A stretch of DNA of 64,000 bases from Tubulanus polymorphus (Eukaryota > Animalia > Nemertea), in NCBI RefSeq assembly GCF_964204645.1, contig NC_134029.1, positions 3,906,001 to 3,970,000 on the forward strand, in the 5' to 3' direction. The translations under genes were made by a program, and so were the position numbers. The notes under the pieces are model-generated. The model saw only the letters and a list, made by a program, of their open reading frames with translations. It was not told the origin of the DNA and made no database searches. Numbering within the stretch: the first letter of the stretch is position 1; every line of letters starts with the position of its first letter. This document shows, one piece after another, positions 12,351 to 26,600 of the stretch.

Positions 12351-13088
12351 CTAAAAGTCAAGAATGTATTCTTTAACTATTACTGGGATCTGTCTTGGTA
12401 CCTTAATTATGGGCCCTGAGTTCCGAAAACCGTATTTTCTATAAAGTTCATGTGCGGCTATGCGGCCCCTATGAGTGATTCCATATAATTTCTTATAGCC
12501 TTTTTCTTTGCAATGTTCAATGACGTGTTCTAGCATTCTTTTTCCCAGTCCTCTCCCCTGAAATTCTGGAAGGATACTGTTCATGCGAAACATGGCAAAT
12601 GGTTTCCAAGAAAGATGTTCAGAGCCAAAACTGGGAGGAATATCATCGCGAATCAAAACATGAACGCATCCTATCAGTTTACCAGAATCTTTCAGTTCCA
12701 TCATAAAAATAACATCTTCACTCGGACTCGAAGAGCGAATTTTGTTAGCGATCTTTGGAACCCTTTCACTGACACTCGTGGTGTAATCATACGCGTACGC
12801 CAGCCAATAAGCGTAGAATATAAGCGGAAATAGAACCACGGGAATTAAACCAACAAGAAATGAACGGCTATATACCCAGACAATGCAAACGCTAATTAAT
12901 AGAATTACTTGAATAATTGGTTCTTTCATTTCTTGGACCACCTGTGCATGAACTAAATTCCAGTTGGCTTTTCCCGAAATCGAAATTGCTTCTTCAATGT
13001 CCGTCCTCGAATTTGGATCTAGCTGTCGAATTCTAATATCATCCTCAGCCACCCGTTCGGCCCTATTGCCAGGAAGGTTGCGCCACAT
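12351..13088 (-). CDS. NAT8/Camello-like GNAT N-acetyltransferase, copy 4
   Basis: ORF from ATG 13088 (MWRNLPG, homologous start); motif A ILPEFQGRGLGKRML and AAHELYRKYGF. Confidence 0.9.
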   Translation of the reverse strand: MWRNLPGNRAERVAEDDIRIRQLDPNSRTDIEEAISISGKANWNLVHAQVVQEMKEPIIQVILLISVCIVWVYSRSFLVGLIPVVLFPLIFYAYWLAYAYDYTTSVSERVPKIANKIRSSSPSEDVIFMMELKDSGKLIGCVHVLIRDDIPPSFGSEHLSWKPFAMFRMNSILPEFQGRGLGKRMLEHVIEHCKEKGYKKLYGITHRGRIAAHELYRKYGFRNSGPIIKVPRQIPVIVKEYILDF

Positions 13089-13662
13089 CTTGCCGTTTAC
13101 CAACCCTAGAACACATTTTAACCAGGACTAAGTAGATATAAGGTCTAAAACCGGCGAGAAGTTTAAAGGGCCTCGTTTGCTCGAGAACATACCTGTGGAA
13201 TTTGTGGATCGCTGTTGTCCGCGTGGGACGTTAACGTTTCTCTGAATTCGTTCTAAATGATTCAGCAAGAGAGTGGGTCGCTATACGGTACGTAGTCCAA
13301 TGACCGACGGTGACACTCAGGCTATCTAGTACACAGCACCTATTTACTAGACAGACTTAAGCGTGATTGTAATAATTTATTATTCATTCAGTGCTTGCTT
13401 ATAATCAAGTTTAGAAAACAAAGATCTATTTAATCTGTTTTATGATGAACCAAGGAACCTTCAGGTCTAGAGACCACCCATAAAATGTTGCTATAACAAA
13501 AAAAAACACGTTACACCGAGATTGATTTGTTTTTGATATCGATAATGACTTTAAATCATCATATTGAATTATATTGAGACCTGGTGGTACTGAATAAATA
13601 CATATCAATGTGATACAGAGCGGATCTAAAGAACTGCATTGGCTGTTTGTTTCAATTCGTTT

Positions 13663-16600
13663 TCATTTGTTTGCTGCTACAACTTCATCCAAAGCCATTC
13701 CAAAGTTGCTGTCGAGATAATGACTTCTAGGTCGGTACTTGTCTTTTGAAGGTATCGGTATTCGATCCGGTGTCTAAAATTAAAGAAAAAGATAGTTACG
13801 AATCAAACCAAGATACAAGCTACGTAAAGCCAAAAAACAAAAACAAATTTCCAAAAGGGATAGATAACACGTTTCCATCATGCTGATGCTGCTGCAAGGA
13901 ATGCCGCTTACCACGCATGGGAATCGCTGCGTATCATTTAAACGACCTTGACCTTGACCCATCCATACTTTCATTCTCCTCTCAAGGTCGGAGAGTTCCG
14001 AATCACTGCTGCCTAAAAGTTCGTAAAAACTTTCATCGCCGACTGTGATCCGATGTGCCATGTTTCGTTGTTTTACCGCGAAATCGTTCGCGGCGCTCGA
14101 CGTTTCTTTCTGCGTCGGTGAACCGGACACGTTTGCCGTCGATTTCTGCGTCGGATCTTGATATTTTTCGCGCAACATTTTACGCTTTTGTTTCGCCTTC
14201 TCCCGCGTTCGGATGCGATGGAATACGGTGCCGGGTCCGTGCAAATCGATCACTGGACCACGCGGAGGCAACGAGAATGAATCGGTCGAGTGATGCGACT
14301 GCGCCGACGCGTAATGAATTGACGTCGACGACGACGACGACGACCTTTTTCCATCGCCTCTACCTGTAACAATCCCTCCGCTAGGGGGAGCGGTTTCGCG
14401 ATTGAATTCTGCGGCCATATCTACGATCGTTCGCAGTAGCGGTATCTTACACATGAACGCAGCGAAACGATGTTTTAATTTAAAGTGCAGACAATTTTTC
14501 ATCAGTTCGATCGCGTGAGGATTTCGTTTCACCAGCAGTCGTTCGTAATGTTTCATTTCGAGAACGAGCACTTCTGTCCTTTGGGTGCATACAGCGCTTT
14601 GTATGTACGTGTCCATGTCTAGTAAAACCTCTATGTCTCCTGCAGAAAATGGAATTAAAAGAGCGTTTCAGAGCTGCAATAGGCTACGTTGGAATGGGGG
14701 TAGCGGCGCAACGTTTCATCCAACCAGAATTCGCCAGGTTCACTATAGCGTACAGTGCGACGATAACGCTGGATCTCTACTCTTACTCTTTAAGCGTATG
14801 TGCCTAGCTATTTGATTGGAACACTTCAACCCAAAGTGAATTGAAAATTAGCTAATTTTGATCACATCTGACATTAATTTTGAGTACATCTGACATTTAA
14901 GTGGCGGTATCTGACCGGATAGCTGATGTGCCGTTTACCCCTTTCAATGAATCAGGCAGCCTTTAATACCGTACCGATGATTTCATTTCTACCAAGTAAA
15001 CAAAGATCCACAGCTTTTCGCAACGGAGACGGTCGTTTATATTTGATAGAATGTGTCGGTTCGTGTTCATCTTGTCGTTGAGAGGCATTGCTGAAATTGA
15101 GTCAAAATCTGAATACGTGACTCGAAAGTGTTAAAACCTTTATAGACATTTACGAGATTAAACCGAATTGAAAGCCCATGTCGAGAGGTACTTTCATGAA
15201 GTACCCAAAACATTTGAAAGAATAAGGGCATTTTAAAAACATAGATCTGAGATTACCTGTTACTTTGATTGATCGGAAGAATCGACTTATGTTCATCCCG
15301 GCAGAGATTGGCGTACTGGTGTCGTAGCGAAATCGGGTTTATCGTCATCTTTACTTCACCGCTGAAATAATGAAATAAGATTATTTTCCTAAGTCATAAT
15401 ATCACCTTTTCATAGCTTTTACTACAATTTGCTATGCATTGTCATTTTTTTAAAATCATTCCGTGGTAGTAGCATTCTGATATTGCATTGAATCATTATC
15501 TCGATAAAGATATTTATTACCCAGTTTTTAGAATCATCAACTGATGTAACGAAAAACACGTATTTTACTTGTCATCAATGCGTGTTGCATGTCAATAAAA
15601 TGTCCGGTGTTTTCGCATTAATCACTAGATAGACAATGACGTTGATGAATTGATATGAAATTGAACAAGCGAAGCTGCCATTAAATTTTAACTACAGTCT
15701 ATCTATTATTTTATTTCTTTATCACGAAAATGGCCCATTGACAGCGCTCTAGTAGTAGCGCCCGCCTGTTCTTTTTGTCATGTAAAGCTTTACAGCAACG
15801 AACCCGTCGATTCTATAACAAACAACAATAACCTATAAATCCCGTCAATTCATTTTCTTGTCAATGAAATTAGTTTTTCTAGTCCTGCGTTCGGTGCTAT
15901 TCTTTCTTTAATGATAAAATGAAAACTACAGTAAACCATGTAACATCAAGTTTTAACAGTCGTGAGTCAGATCGGGGATTATTCTGAATAAATTACTGTA
16001 TGGATCCCGAGTATCAAATCCAATTGATTTAGTTTTTCCCGCAATAGCAATTCCGTTCTAATGCAATAGGAACCGACCTATGCCAATCATCGTCATTCAT
16101 AATGAATTTCACACCGATATAAGTATATCAAGAATGGAAAATCAGCTGGATGATTTATGAAGCATTTGAGAGTGTGAAATCGAATGTAATGCAGGTGATG
16201 AACTCGATTGTGTGGTTAATGGAAGGCAAAGGCTCATAACACAGAAACACAATTTCTCCAATCGAACTTTATAAGTTGTGATGGTTTAATGGACTATTAA
16301 TGATTCTACGGTGTGATTTCTCCCTATTAACGGCTTATTTAACGATGGTGATTAAACCTACCTGATGATGAAATATATTTCGGTAACCGGATCGCCTTGT
16401 CTGACTATAGCAGTGTCATAGTTGTACGTCTCTTTTCGAAGCGCCATGGCCAGCTGTTTTCTATATTTCGGAGACCAGTTAGAGAAGTATTCGCTTGCCG
16501 CGATGAAATTCGACTTGTCTTCGAATTCTTTGGCGATGAAGTTTTTCACGGATCTGTTGTAAAGATCGCGATCTATAGCGATCAGATCGGTTGATTCATC

Positions 16601-19590
16601 GGCGACGATGCTTGCCGTACGGATACAATCCTCACTCAGAAGTGCTACCTCACCAAATGTATCACCGGGCCCTAGGGAAAATGCACAACATCTAATAAAT
16701 AAATCTATTTCAATCTTTTTTGAAATATTTATCCCTACGACTAGACATTTACCTTCGAAAATATCCCACATTTTGCCGTTATTGTTGCTTCTTGAAAACT
16801 AAGCTTTCTCGCAAATATTTATTTGAAATGACGCAGATTTATTAGCACGTTGCGTATCATAAACCTACCATAATTTATTCAGGAAAAATATATTTTCACA
16901 ATTGACGTCTCTGATCATATTTTATTTAGCACAGTTACCATGGTATTAGCAATAGCACAATGAAAATAACATAACATTATATTTAGTCCAGGGGAAGAAA
17001 TAAAAAGCTTTTGACACGTGATATAAAATGTATATGGGAAATGGCTAGACGAAGTGGGCTTGATTCAAAATTTAGAAGTATGTAATAAGTGTACATATGG
17101 TCCGTCACTGACTTAGGGTTTGAATCTCTTTTTAAGTATAGATTTTGATTGTAATTTATTTACCGAGTGAGCAAACAAATGTTCCGATTTTGTTGCGTTC
17201 ACGGCACCGTCGCTCGTCCTCGACTGGTGCATCGAGTCGTTCATCTTGATCGGTAAGAGGTACGTCAGTTTTCGGCGTCTGCTCTGGCGCTGGTGGAATG
17301 TCCGTTTCATCGCTTGCCGACTCGACTTTAGCGTAGTGAATGTAGATGGTAACTTTTCCCGATAAGATTATGAAGAAGCTACGGGAAAAGAACAGATTGG
17401 AAAGTCTTTATTACGTAACAATCTTGTAGATATTCAAGGGCAAGACGGGGACAAGGTAACCCTATCCAAAATCTTCCATATTGTCATGAAACGAATTTAT
17501 GATTTGCCAAGGTTAGTCAACATTTCAACAACAAAAAAAATTTCAATTCAGGTAGATCTCTGTATAGGACGCTTTCTCGTGTGTTTATTTATTCTAACAT
17601 TAATAATAGAAAATATTTTCACTAAAAGTATTGTGTTAAAGCATTCTTCGATAATAAATCGACTGACTCCCCTGAAATAAACCCTATGCAAATGTTTATC
17701 ACCGCTAATGGATCGTGACAAAGAAATAGAATTTAAGCGGACAAGAAGAAGACAAATATGAATTATTATGAACATTTGCTTCGATTGTTTGTGCGCATTT
17801 TTTTCCCAATATCGTCTTTGTGTTTTTTTCGAAAACGGTAACGACGTATTGTAAAATTTGGCGAAGAAATCCCACGATTTACTTTCAGTAGAAACGTACG
17901 TGCAATTAAAGGAAAAATATGCTGATACATATGAAGTGGTAAATTCCGAATTAAAAAAATTCGACCCCCATGACAATTTCATTTTCGATTTACCTCGTCT
18001 CTAAATCATTGTATTCATTTGGAAACTTACCAATCACCCTTTTCTCCTTGTTTGATGATGATATCGTCTTTGACTTTCTTAACGAAGCCGCAGTGTTTTA
18101 GAACGTCGTGCAGAAGGACTAAAAGAAAGACTCGCGATTCAAGGATGCAATTTAGAATTCTCAGTTATTCGAAACATGTGCTTTTTCACGAATTGGCGGG
18201 TTAAAATATGAGCCATCCGAGTAAATTGAAAGAGACATATAATAACCTTCTCAGAAAATTTCTTCAGATCGTGTAATTTCAATCGCATTTTGGTAATCGA
18301 ATTCGACTAGGCAGTAGAGATATCGCGACATAAACCTATATACTTCAACAACGCTTCAACAATGAAATCCCATTAGTTATCAAACAATAGCTTTACTAGA
18401 AACAACGATTTGTCAAGTGCTTTCACGAAAGTTAGTTGAAGTATTATGTTCGTCGTCCCACTCTTAATCCCGTGTATATATATTATCTTTAAGATGTTGG
18501 TTTGCTTTGGTTGTTTGTACCGTCCAGTGCGCAAGAGTAAATACAACTGCTAAATGGGTATATTTCATTAGTCGTGGATCGCTTATGTATATAATTATCA
18601 CTCTATGGTCATACGTTATACGTTCTTTGGCCACCGAAACTTACGTACATTATAGTACAACCAGTCATTGAGGCGAATGCAAACTTTTTCGACATATGGC
18701 TTGAAAAAGAATCACGCATGCACCAAAAATTCACGTTATAATTGATGCTGATTTTTTATCACGAGAACGATCGTAGGAAATCGAAGTATTATAATTATTT
18801 TTCTTAATTTTCAAGTGAGAAATGTGAAATTCATAAACAGATTGCGAAAAGCTGTTTGTTTTAATGATAAAGCATTTATAGGTTTGGCTTATATCTAACG
18901 TGACTTGTGATAATTCATTTATTTCACACTACCAACTAAGCGGACATTTTCCAACTATAGGTAAAATTAATGTGTTTTTGGCGGCGCGCGAACAAAAATC
19001 TCTCACGACTCGCATGAAGAAGAAAGTGTGAAACACGCATTTGTAGCCTTGATCGATAATTTATTTACGTACCTGCGTTTGTTAAAATGACAAATAGCAG
19101 ATTTCTTTAATCACGGATTAGCAAAAGCAGACTTATGATTTTACGAAATTGCCATCATATCCGTCGCGTTGAAACTAATTTGTATTTATAAATCCGAATT
19201 AACGATGTCTTTACAGCGAAATCCTACGGATCACGTATCCGCAGAAAGCTGATAACTCCTAATTTATAGCCGCGATTTAAACGTTGGGTTTTGTTACACG
19301 GTATGAATTATTATAAATGGAAATACGTAGTGAGACTCAACAAACGAAAATTCAGACATGATTTTCCGTCATCAGAATCCAATTTAATGCAACATGATGA
19401 ATAATGCATAGATTTATTGGTTACGGTAGTCAGGTAGTCATTTAGACATTAGGTACTTACTTGGTTTCAATGAGCGAAATAAATCCGATTTCTTACTGAA
19501 CCACGGTAAGAACTGCTGAATCTCGAAATCCGATCGCAGATGCGGAGGTTGGGCGAGGACCGCGACAACTTTTGAATAGAATAACGACAT
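13663..19590 (-). CDS. Cyclic nucleotide-binding domain-containing protein (two CNB domains, CNBD1/CNBD2-like), 8 exons
   Basis: Exons ~19461-19590, 18031-18118, 17164-17378, 16362-16671, 15258-15362, 14974-15091, 13912-14638, 13663-13774 splice in frame. Motifs IIKQGEKGDCFFIILSG, FGEVALL..RTASIVA and IVRQGDPVTEIYFI. Confidence 0.85.
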
Positions 19591-19649
19591 TTCGATGAAA
19601 GATCTTTGATCTCTGGTGCGGAAAAATGCGGCGGCGGCGGCTACCGAGT

Positions 19650-20660
19650 GTAATCAATCTCCCGGCGAGTCCAAGCTGTTCTGATTAAAGATTGCTCGCT
19701 TACGTTATTCGTCATCAGATCACACACCTTAACAAACATTGATAAATAAACATTCTTTCGCGGTTAGAGAGCGAAAGTTGGCTAACAACGCCGAAACTAC
19801 GACAGAGCGAAGACCTGTTTTCTTCAACTTCGAACCGTAGCCCCGAAAACTCCTTCATCGACGGTGAAGTGCTAGAACAGCAAATTGATTTGACTTCCAA
19901 TAAAAGGCCATAATACTTGAAGTCGAAGCCTGATTGTGAAAGCTTGTAATCTGAGAACGAGTAAACGGACCTATCGTCATTACTGCTGAGAGCATGAGCG
20001 GCAAATAATCATTTCCAGGATACGATATGGACTATAAAATCAATTCAAAATCCGGAAGTCCCTAGTAAATGTAATATATCACCGGCCTGTCATATCGCTG
20101 GCTTATGAAACTGGCAGCGTGGGTAGGGATTGGGGATCATGTGGAAATCTCCATTGATGGATGTGGGACCTTTGATCAGCGTGTGAACAGTTGCCAATAG
20201 CGACGTATTTGGAAGAATCTTCATATCTTATCAGAACCGCAGATTTCTCTTTTTCAGTTAACCGGTAACGTAGGATCGGTAGACTGAGGAAACTGTCCTC
20301 TATTCGACGACCCCAGGGCCGCAATCGAGACACAAAAGGTCTCGGGTCCTGGCGATGCCATAGTGGCCTGAGCCTCCGAGTCCTAATAAATCGCTTTTTA
20401 TATAGATTTCTATAAAATCAATGGAACCATGTCCAGAATTCTAGCTAAAATTTCGGGACTCCATTTTCGGAAAATCATTCGACTTTTGCTTATAACGTTC
20501 GTTTGACGTAAAACGCCTCTTTGCTGTATGTACTCGCGGTATTATATCAATAAATGTTTAATTGGATTTAATTGGTTGGTTATGGCCTAGGAAAAATACC
20601 TCGCCTGCCACAGTCGCCCCTAGCCACGGAACAAGTCGCAATTAATACAAAATGGCCACC
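19650..20660. promoter_or_regulatory. Divergent promoter region between the CNBD gene and KHDC4
   Basis: Head-to-head start codons ~1.06 kb apart. ETS-like CCGGAAGT at ~20052, X-box-like GTTGCCAATAGCGAC at 20190-20204, YY1-like AAAATGGCC over the KHDC4 ATG. Confidence 0.5.
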
Positions 20661-23600
20661 TTTTCTGATCGGTGAGGATTATTCTTTGTTTACTCATAAA
20701 TCTGTCCAGCTTTCACCGAATTTAGGTTTTAAACGCATCAGTTAAAGTTCACGTAAATGCAAATAAATACGCCTTAAACAAAAACACGCTTAAGGACGTG
20801 GTCAAATTCGCTTACAGGCAAAAATTACGTTAGATTTTTCAACCACAAAAAGACTGGTTGCCGCCCTGCCCTAGATTAGATTATTGGAGGCCTTGCGGTA
20901 AACACTGCAAACGTGTCTGAGGCATTGTTTTCTACATGCTGCATGATTACCTTTTTATGATGAATGAATAGAAATTGAATTAGGCTGGTTTTATTTGGTC
21001 TCTATACTGATTACAGAATATTTCATTATAACGCCTGACTGAGTGAGACGCTCCGACTGCGCTGCACGGAAAATCAAAACCTGCTTTAAAGTGCCCCGCC
21101 TAGTTTAATTATTTGTTCCTTATGCCCCACTTCTCCATCACTGATGTTGTCCAAGCATAATGAAAACATCTGTTTGTTTTAATTAATGTTTCGTATTGAA
21201 TCTCTTTAAAACAGGGGCCTCGGTAATAATAATAATACTGCGGCGAATTGGGATGTGAATAATTTTGATCCGTCGAAGAGTAGTTTAGAAGCAGCTGCCG
21301 CGGCCGCTGCGCGCGTCAATGCCATGTTGATCGCTAAAGGCAAATTGAAGCCTTCGCAATTGGCAGGAATAACGCAGCCTGTTAAATCTCGGGTAAGCAT
21401 TTATTTTTAAGCTGGCTCAGTAGCTCAGTGGGATAAGGTTTGATGCTGTTGCATTCTCGATTGGTGTCGAATGACCAGCTGGTTCGAGTCCTGTTGGCTG
21501 CTTACAGTGAGTGGGCAACACTTGGCCGTCCTGTCATAGTTCTTAATGGATAATCCTTTAGGGTTAGTTAGTCTAGGGAAACCATGACCTGAACAACATA
21601 GATTTATGGCAAATATACAAACAAACATAGTGGTTACTGGTGTAAATAATGGTGACTGTGAATGATATGGTTGGCATCGATCCTCATTCTCTGGGATAAA
21701 ATGAGAATTGATTTGAGTACAAATGCAAATTAACTGAAGAGATAGATATCGAGAATTTTGATTGTTTCTCTTTCAGCCGTCAGCCGCATCACAGAATTTG
21801 ATTGTAGCCGAAGTTGAAATAAACGATGTTCCGATAGCGTGTAGAAACCTGTTAACCCGAGGGGCGACGCAAGATGAGGTGATTTAACATCGATCAAATC
21901 GTAATTAGACGTTACCGATATCGTTCAGGATTCTGTATGATTCTAACTCTCTGCGTTTCAGATCTCGAAGCAAACGGGAGCCGCTGTTTCCACTAGAGGG
22001 CGCTACTTGTTTGAATCGGATAAAGCTAGGAACCCGGGGTATTGTATCGTTCTCAAACTGATCTTTCAGATTATTAATTCTTCATTTATAGAATATTGTT
22101 TGAAGTAGTGTTTCTTTAATTACAGAGAGAGACCATTGTATTTATGTATACAAGGACCAAACCAACAGGCAGTTGACAGTAAGTACATCTATAGAGAAGT
22201 CTATTTATTATCGTTAGGGACCCGTCATGAAGTACATAATGCGTAAGATTTGTACAAAAGGGGGGTTGTAAAACTGGGCCCTCTAAAGTTATAAAACGAA
22301 GGTTATGCATTGTTGACATGGTAACAAAGAAAAATCAATTGCATTTATTCAATCGAATTAGAAATACATCGAAAATGTTTTATATTTTAAGTGGCTGTTC
22401 AAAAAGTACATCAGATCATCGAATCGCATACAAATCGACAGAGCAGATATAAAGGAAATCGATTTTTAGAACAGTTAGAACGACAGGGTAGTTTAGGACC
22501 TATCAGTTTACCAGTTACTAGTACTACATCGACTGTATCAGTGTCACCTGTAAGTAGAACCGATATTCCATCAGACTCTAGTTTCATAAAAAAAAAGTTA
22601 AAGCCTGGAAATAGTTAAATCTAAATCATCATCCTGTTTGCAAAAATGAATTAACCAAGCGCAACTAACTAAGAATTTGAGTTAGTTAAGATTTTTAGCG
22701 AATTTGAACCTAGAGTCTTCTTTTGAAATGGCTTATGAAGTATGTTTCAATAATGTTTACTGTTCAGGTATTGCATATGCAAGAGAAGTTATACATAGGT
22801 CTCGATACTGCTCCGCCATCATTTGATGTGAAAGAAAAGCTTGCTGGACCCGGTGTAAGTAGAATAATCGCTCTATGTATCTTGTTTTCATAATGGAAAA
22901 ATATAAAAATTCCACTATACACCGATCTCGCCCTTACTGACGATGTTGAACTATCAAATACTATTTGCACAGTGCTCGTATCTGGGACATATTGAAGTTG
23001 AAACTGGTTGTAAAGTGACGATGAGAGGTAAAGGATCTGGATTCCCGGAACCGGGATCGGGCCGAGAATCGATGGAACCAATGCATCTACATCTACAGTA
23101 TGTATCGATCAGAAACTGGCCTCACTGTTCTCATATATCCTGGTAGTAATCATTGATATATTAATAACTAATGATATTTCAGACATACATCGGTAGTTGG
23201 TCTGCAACAAGCTAAAGAACTTGCCAACAATCTCATATTAACTGTAAGTAAATCATTATCATCTTCAAGAAATTATCTTCTTTCGGTCATATTGTCTAAT
23301 TGGGTTTTCTCATTTTGTCGATCTGTTGAAATTAGACTAGAAACCTCAGGGCCCAGTTGTCAGAAGTCCAAAAGCTATCGTAAATCTTTAGACTGGTCGT
23401 TAAGTTGTTCAATTGGCTATAGAATGAAGATTGTCTTAGACTGGTCTTAAATCCAAGCATTCACTGCGCAACTGGCCCCTGTACTTATTCAATAATATCT
23501 TGTAAAATTGGAACTGATATTTTGATTTGTTATGACTGTCATGAGGTCAGGCATGGCTTCAAATATATCTGTATTAGTCAATACTGGTAAATTCATAACA

Positions 23601-26600
23601 GTTCAATTCCAGTCTGGTCACCTACTACAAATACTTGTTCTTGTACCGTTTATGAATTAGAAAACGATTTTGTTGTTTTGATAATTACTAACTGAGACTT
23701 TAAATGTGTATGGAAGCTAGGATTCGATTTACTTTAGCTTTCATTTCAAAACTTTCCAGATAGATTCGAAATGTTCGTAGAAACAAACGAGAAATGTGTA
23801 TTTTCTTCCGTGCTGGTGTATTATCAGATTATTTGTTTCTTTTTATGCATGTGTCACAACTTCCAATTTCTAATCCAAAATTCTTCCTTGATGAAACAAC
23901 GTAGCTACGTAGATCAAAAGTAGATGTTTTCTTTTTTAATTCTATGAGAGGCGTCGGGGTTGAGAATAAAGTCGAAATTGAAATTAAACATTCTGACGTT
24001 TTTATAAGACTTTTTATACAAATCGTGTCTTTGCGTACGTGCTCGAGTTCACGAAAAAAACGAACTTGAGATATCCAAGAATGAGTAAAACCAACTTTCA
24101 TAAACTTTGAAGTAATTTCTTTTTTTCATGAAGCTCAGCCGTAATGTCTATGGTGGTAGGAAAATGAAATATCTGAAAACCTGAATCGTTGAAAGGAGTC
24201 TAATATACATTATATCTACTTTGCAACTGTTGTATTTATCGTAACGGTTCAGATGGATTAAAAAAAAAAGACTGATTTTTTCATGAATAGTTTTTCGTTT
24301 ACAGATTTTCAGATTTAGCGAGAGAAAAAGAGAGAGAGGGAGCATGCTGTAAATTGATTGAGTTTCAGCGACTGATATGTTTATATTATACCTATTTATA
24401 AGGATGTCTGATGAACCGGTTCTTTGTGCCTCTAATAGATCCTGGTTTTGCTCGTAGTTTAAACGCATGTTGCTGAATGAGTGTCGGTTCTATAACGCAG
24501 TAGTGTGCTGGTATAATGCGACACGTGAACTGAAAATTCTTTTTCTCATGAATATACACAGGGGGATTGTTTGCTAGTTCTTGGTTAGAAAAAGATCTCT
24601 AATTCTCAGTCCTGCAGTTTGAGAAATTTGATTACAGCGTTCAGACATTACCTTATCTTCTGCGGTATTTGAAAGTCTAACTAATCTAACGCTGGGACCA
24701 AATTCAACTTAGATCAGCCCATACTGGATCCTGCTATCATCTAGTAGTTTCTACTTTGTAATTTTCAATCTAAATTCTAGAACTGCACTTAAATCAGATT
24801 TTTGCGATCTATAATAATACCTGATTCATTTTGAATGGTCATAGATGATTATTTGAGTTGACTTAAAGTAGTCATTCTTTCTGTTAGCGGCAGTGGGGGA
24901 AAATCTACTATACTGTCTGGAACCATGTATGCACACGCTATAAAATTGACAAAAACTATAGATCTTGTGGTCTTGACTTCAGAATTTGCAAGCTCTTAAA
25001 GCATTACTTGCGCAAATTCCAATCTTGTTTTTGTTACTTGCCTCATTGCTTCCACAAACTTGTTGCTAACACCTAACATGAAACATAATACTTGGGATCG
25101 ATATTTGCTGCTGTGTCGTTGGTAAAAAGTGGCTAAGTTGATGTCTTCATTTCTTTTAAGAAAGATCATTATCTGTTGCTGCAGATATCTTACTCTACGC
25201 TTGTGTTTAATGCTTACCCTAGAAAACTGCTGTCATCTTTGCATCTGTTAATGCGTTCTGAGTCCGGTTCCACGGTATTGGGTTGGATTTGTTTCTTCAA
25301 ATCAAATTACTGTATTTTCGATTAATTCTTCAAATCTAACTCGAGATCTGTGGCGCTGGCTCCTGAAAAATATTGAATAGTCTTATGCAATGGTGGTTTA
25401 TAGTTTGAAAGTCGTTTTGGGGTTGTAACATCGAAGCTTTCTCTGTAGAATGATGTGTTTATTTCTTTTGATTTGAGTTTTGCCTGTGTGGCTCTCTACT
25501 AGAACTATAGCAAACCACAACCTCCACTCTAAAACAGTGACATAGAAAATTAAAACCATTTGAGTCGAATGTTGTAGCTTGCTTTAACTCGTAGACATTC
25601 CATTTAAGGGACATTCACAAAGCGCATTTGCAACATTTAAGAAATTTTTCTCATCCTTTTTTAAACAAATGGTATATATGTTTGCAAATTTTTGCGCTTT
25701 ATGGATGGTCCCTCTGTGGCATCCGCTCTCGTACAGCTTGAATGCAAGTTGCACTTTTTAGGGTGGGGTTTGAAAGTATGTTAACACTGAATTTGATACG
25801 AGCTATACTGTACGTGTGTACTCTAATAATGGATATATAAAGTCATATACGACGCCTGGTTGTGTTTAAATCTAAACCGTACTCTTTTTCAGTGATCTGA
25901 TTGGTGCACAGACATTCGTCCGTGAAACGTGCGCTCGGGTATATTTTACATTTTCTGGATCATATTAGCGAAAACTATGCTCTTTTTTCCGTGTTGCAGA
26001 TACAGCAAGAGTACGCGCAGTTCCATCAGACAATGTGCCAAATGGCGCCAGTCATCAACCCCGGCCAACAAGCTGTTTTAGCAGCGGTACAAATGCCCCG
26101 TAAGTTGCGTTACGTGTGTAAAAATTATGACGTAATGATAGTAATTCAGTTACAGGTACGAAATCGCTACACGCACAACGCAACGCGAAAGCGCCATCCG
26201 GTGGAATTTTGTTGTGCGTCGATGACAGGTTTGTACGTACGGTATCACAAGGTTTGTCTCTGCGTGAGTAAAGACACAGGTCGTCGTCGTCGTCGATCGA
26301 AAAATGTCGATTTCTTATTTTTTTTTTCTTCCATTCCAATCTGTAGGCTTGTTCACAACGAACCGTGGATATACGTATGAACACCTTTCTGCGAGATCTA
26401 TTTTTATATATGTATACATATGAATGCATAATTATTATGATTGTTATTATTGCCGTTTTCTTGTACATGTTGATATTAGTCACTACCCCTCCCCCTATTG
26501 GACAGGATTTTCGATCATAAATCTGAGATGTAGCACTGGACCGCACGAACCTGTCAATCGGGAGAATTTTACTAAAATATTTCATTATTTCCTCTTTCAC

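Noticed and set aside
10747-12833. Plus-strand ORFs repeated over the GNAT copies
   Set aside because: Antisense frames of duplicated genes; the similarity comes from the duplication.
9309-13088. Bacterial horizontal transfer origin of the intronless GNATs
   Set aside because: The TM-insert architecture fits the animal NAT8 family, whose CDS can be single-exon, and composition matches the host; there is no positive evidence for transfer.
21414-21500. Functional tRNA gene
   Set aside because: A and B boxes are present but there is no proper acceptor/anticodon stem; it continues into a SINE-like body.
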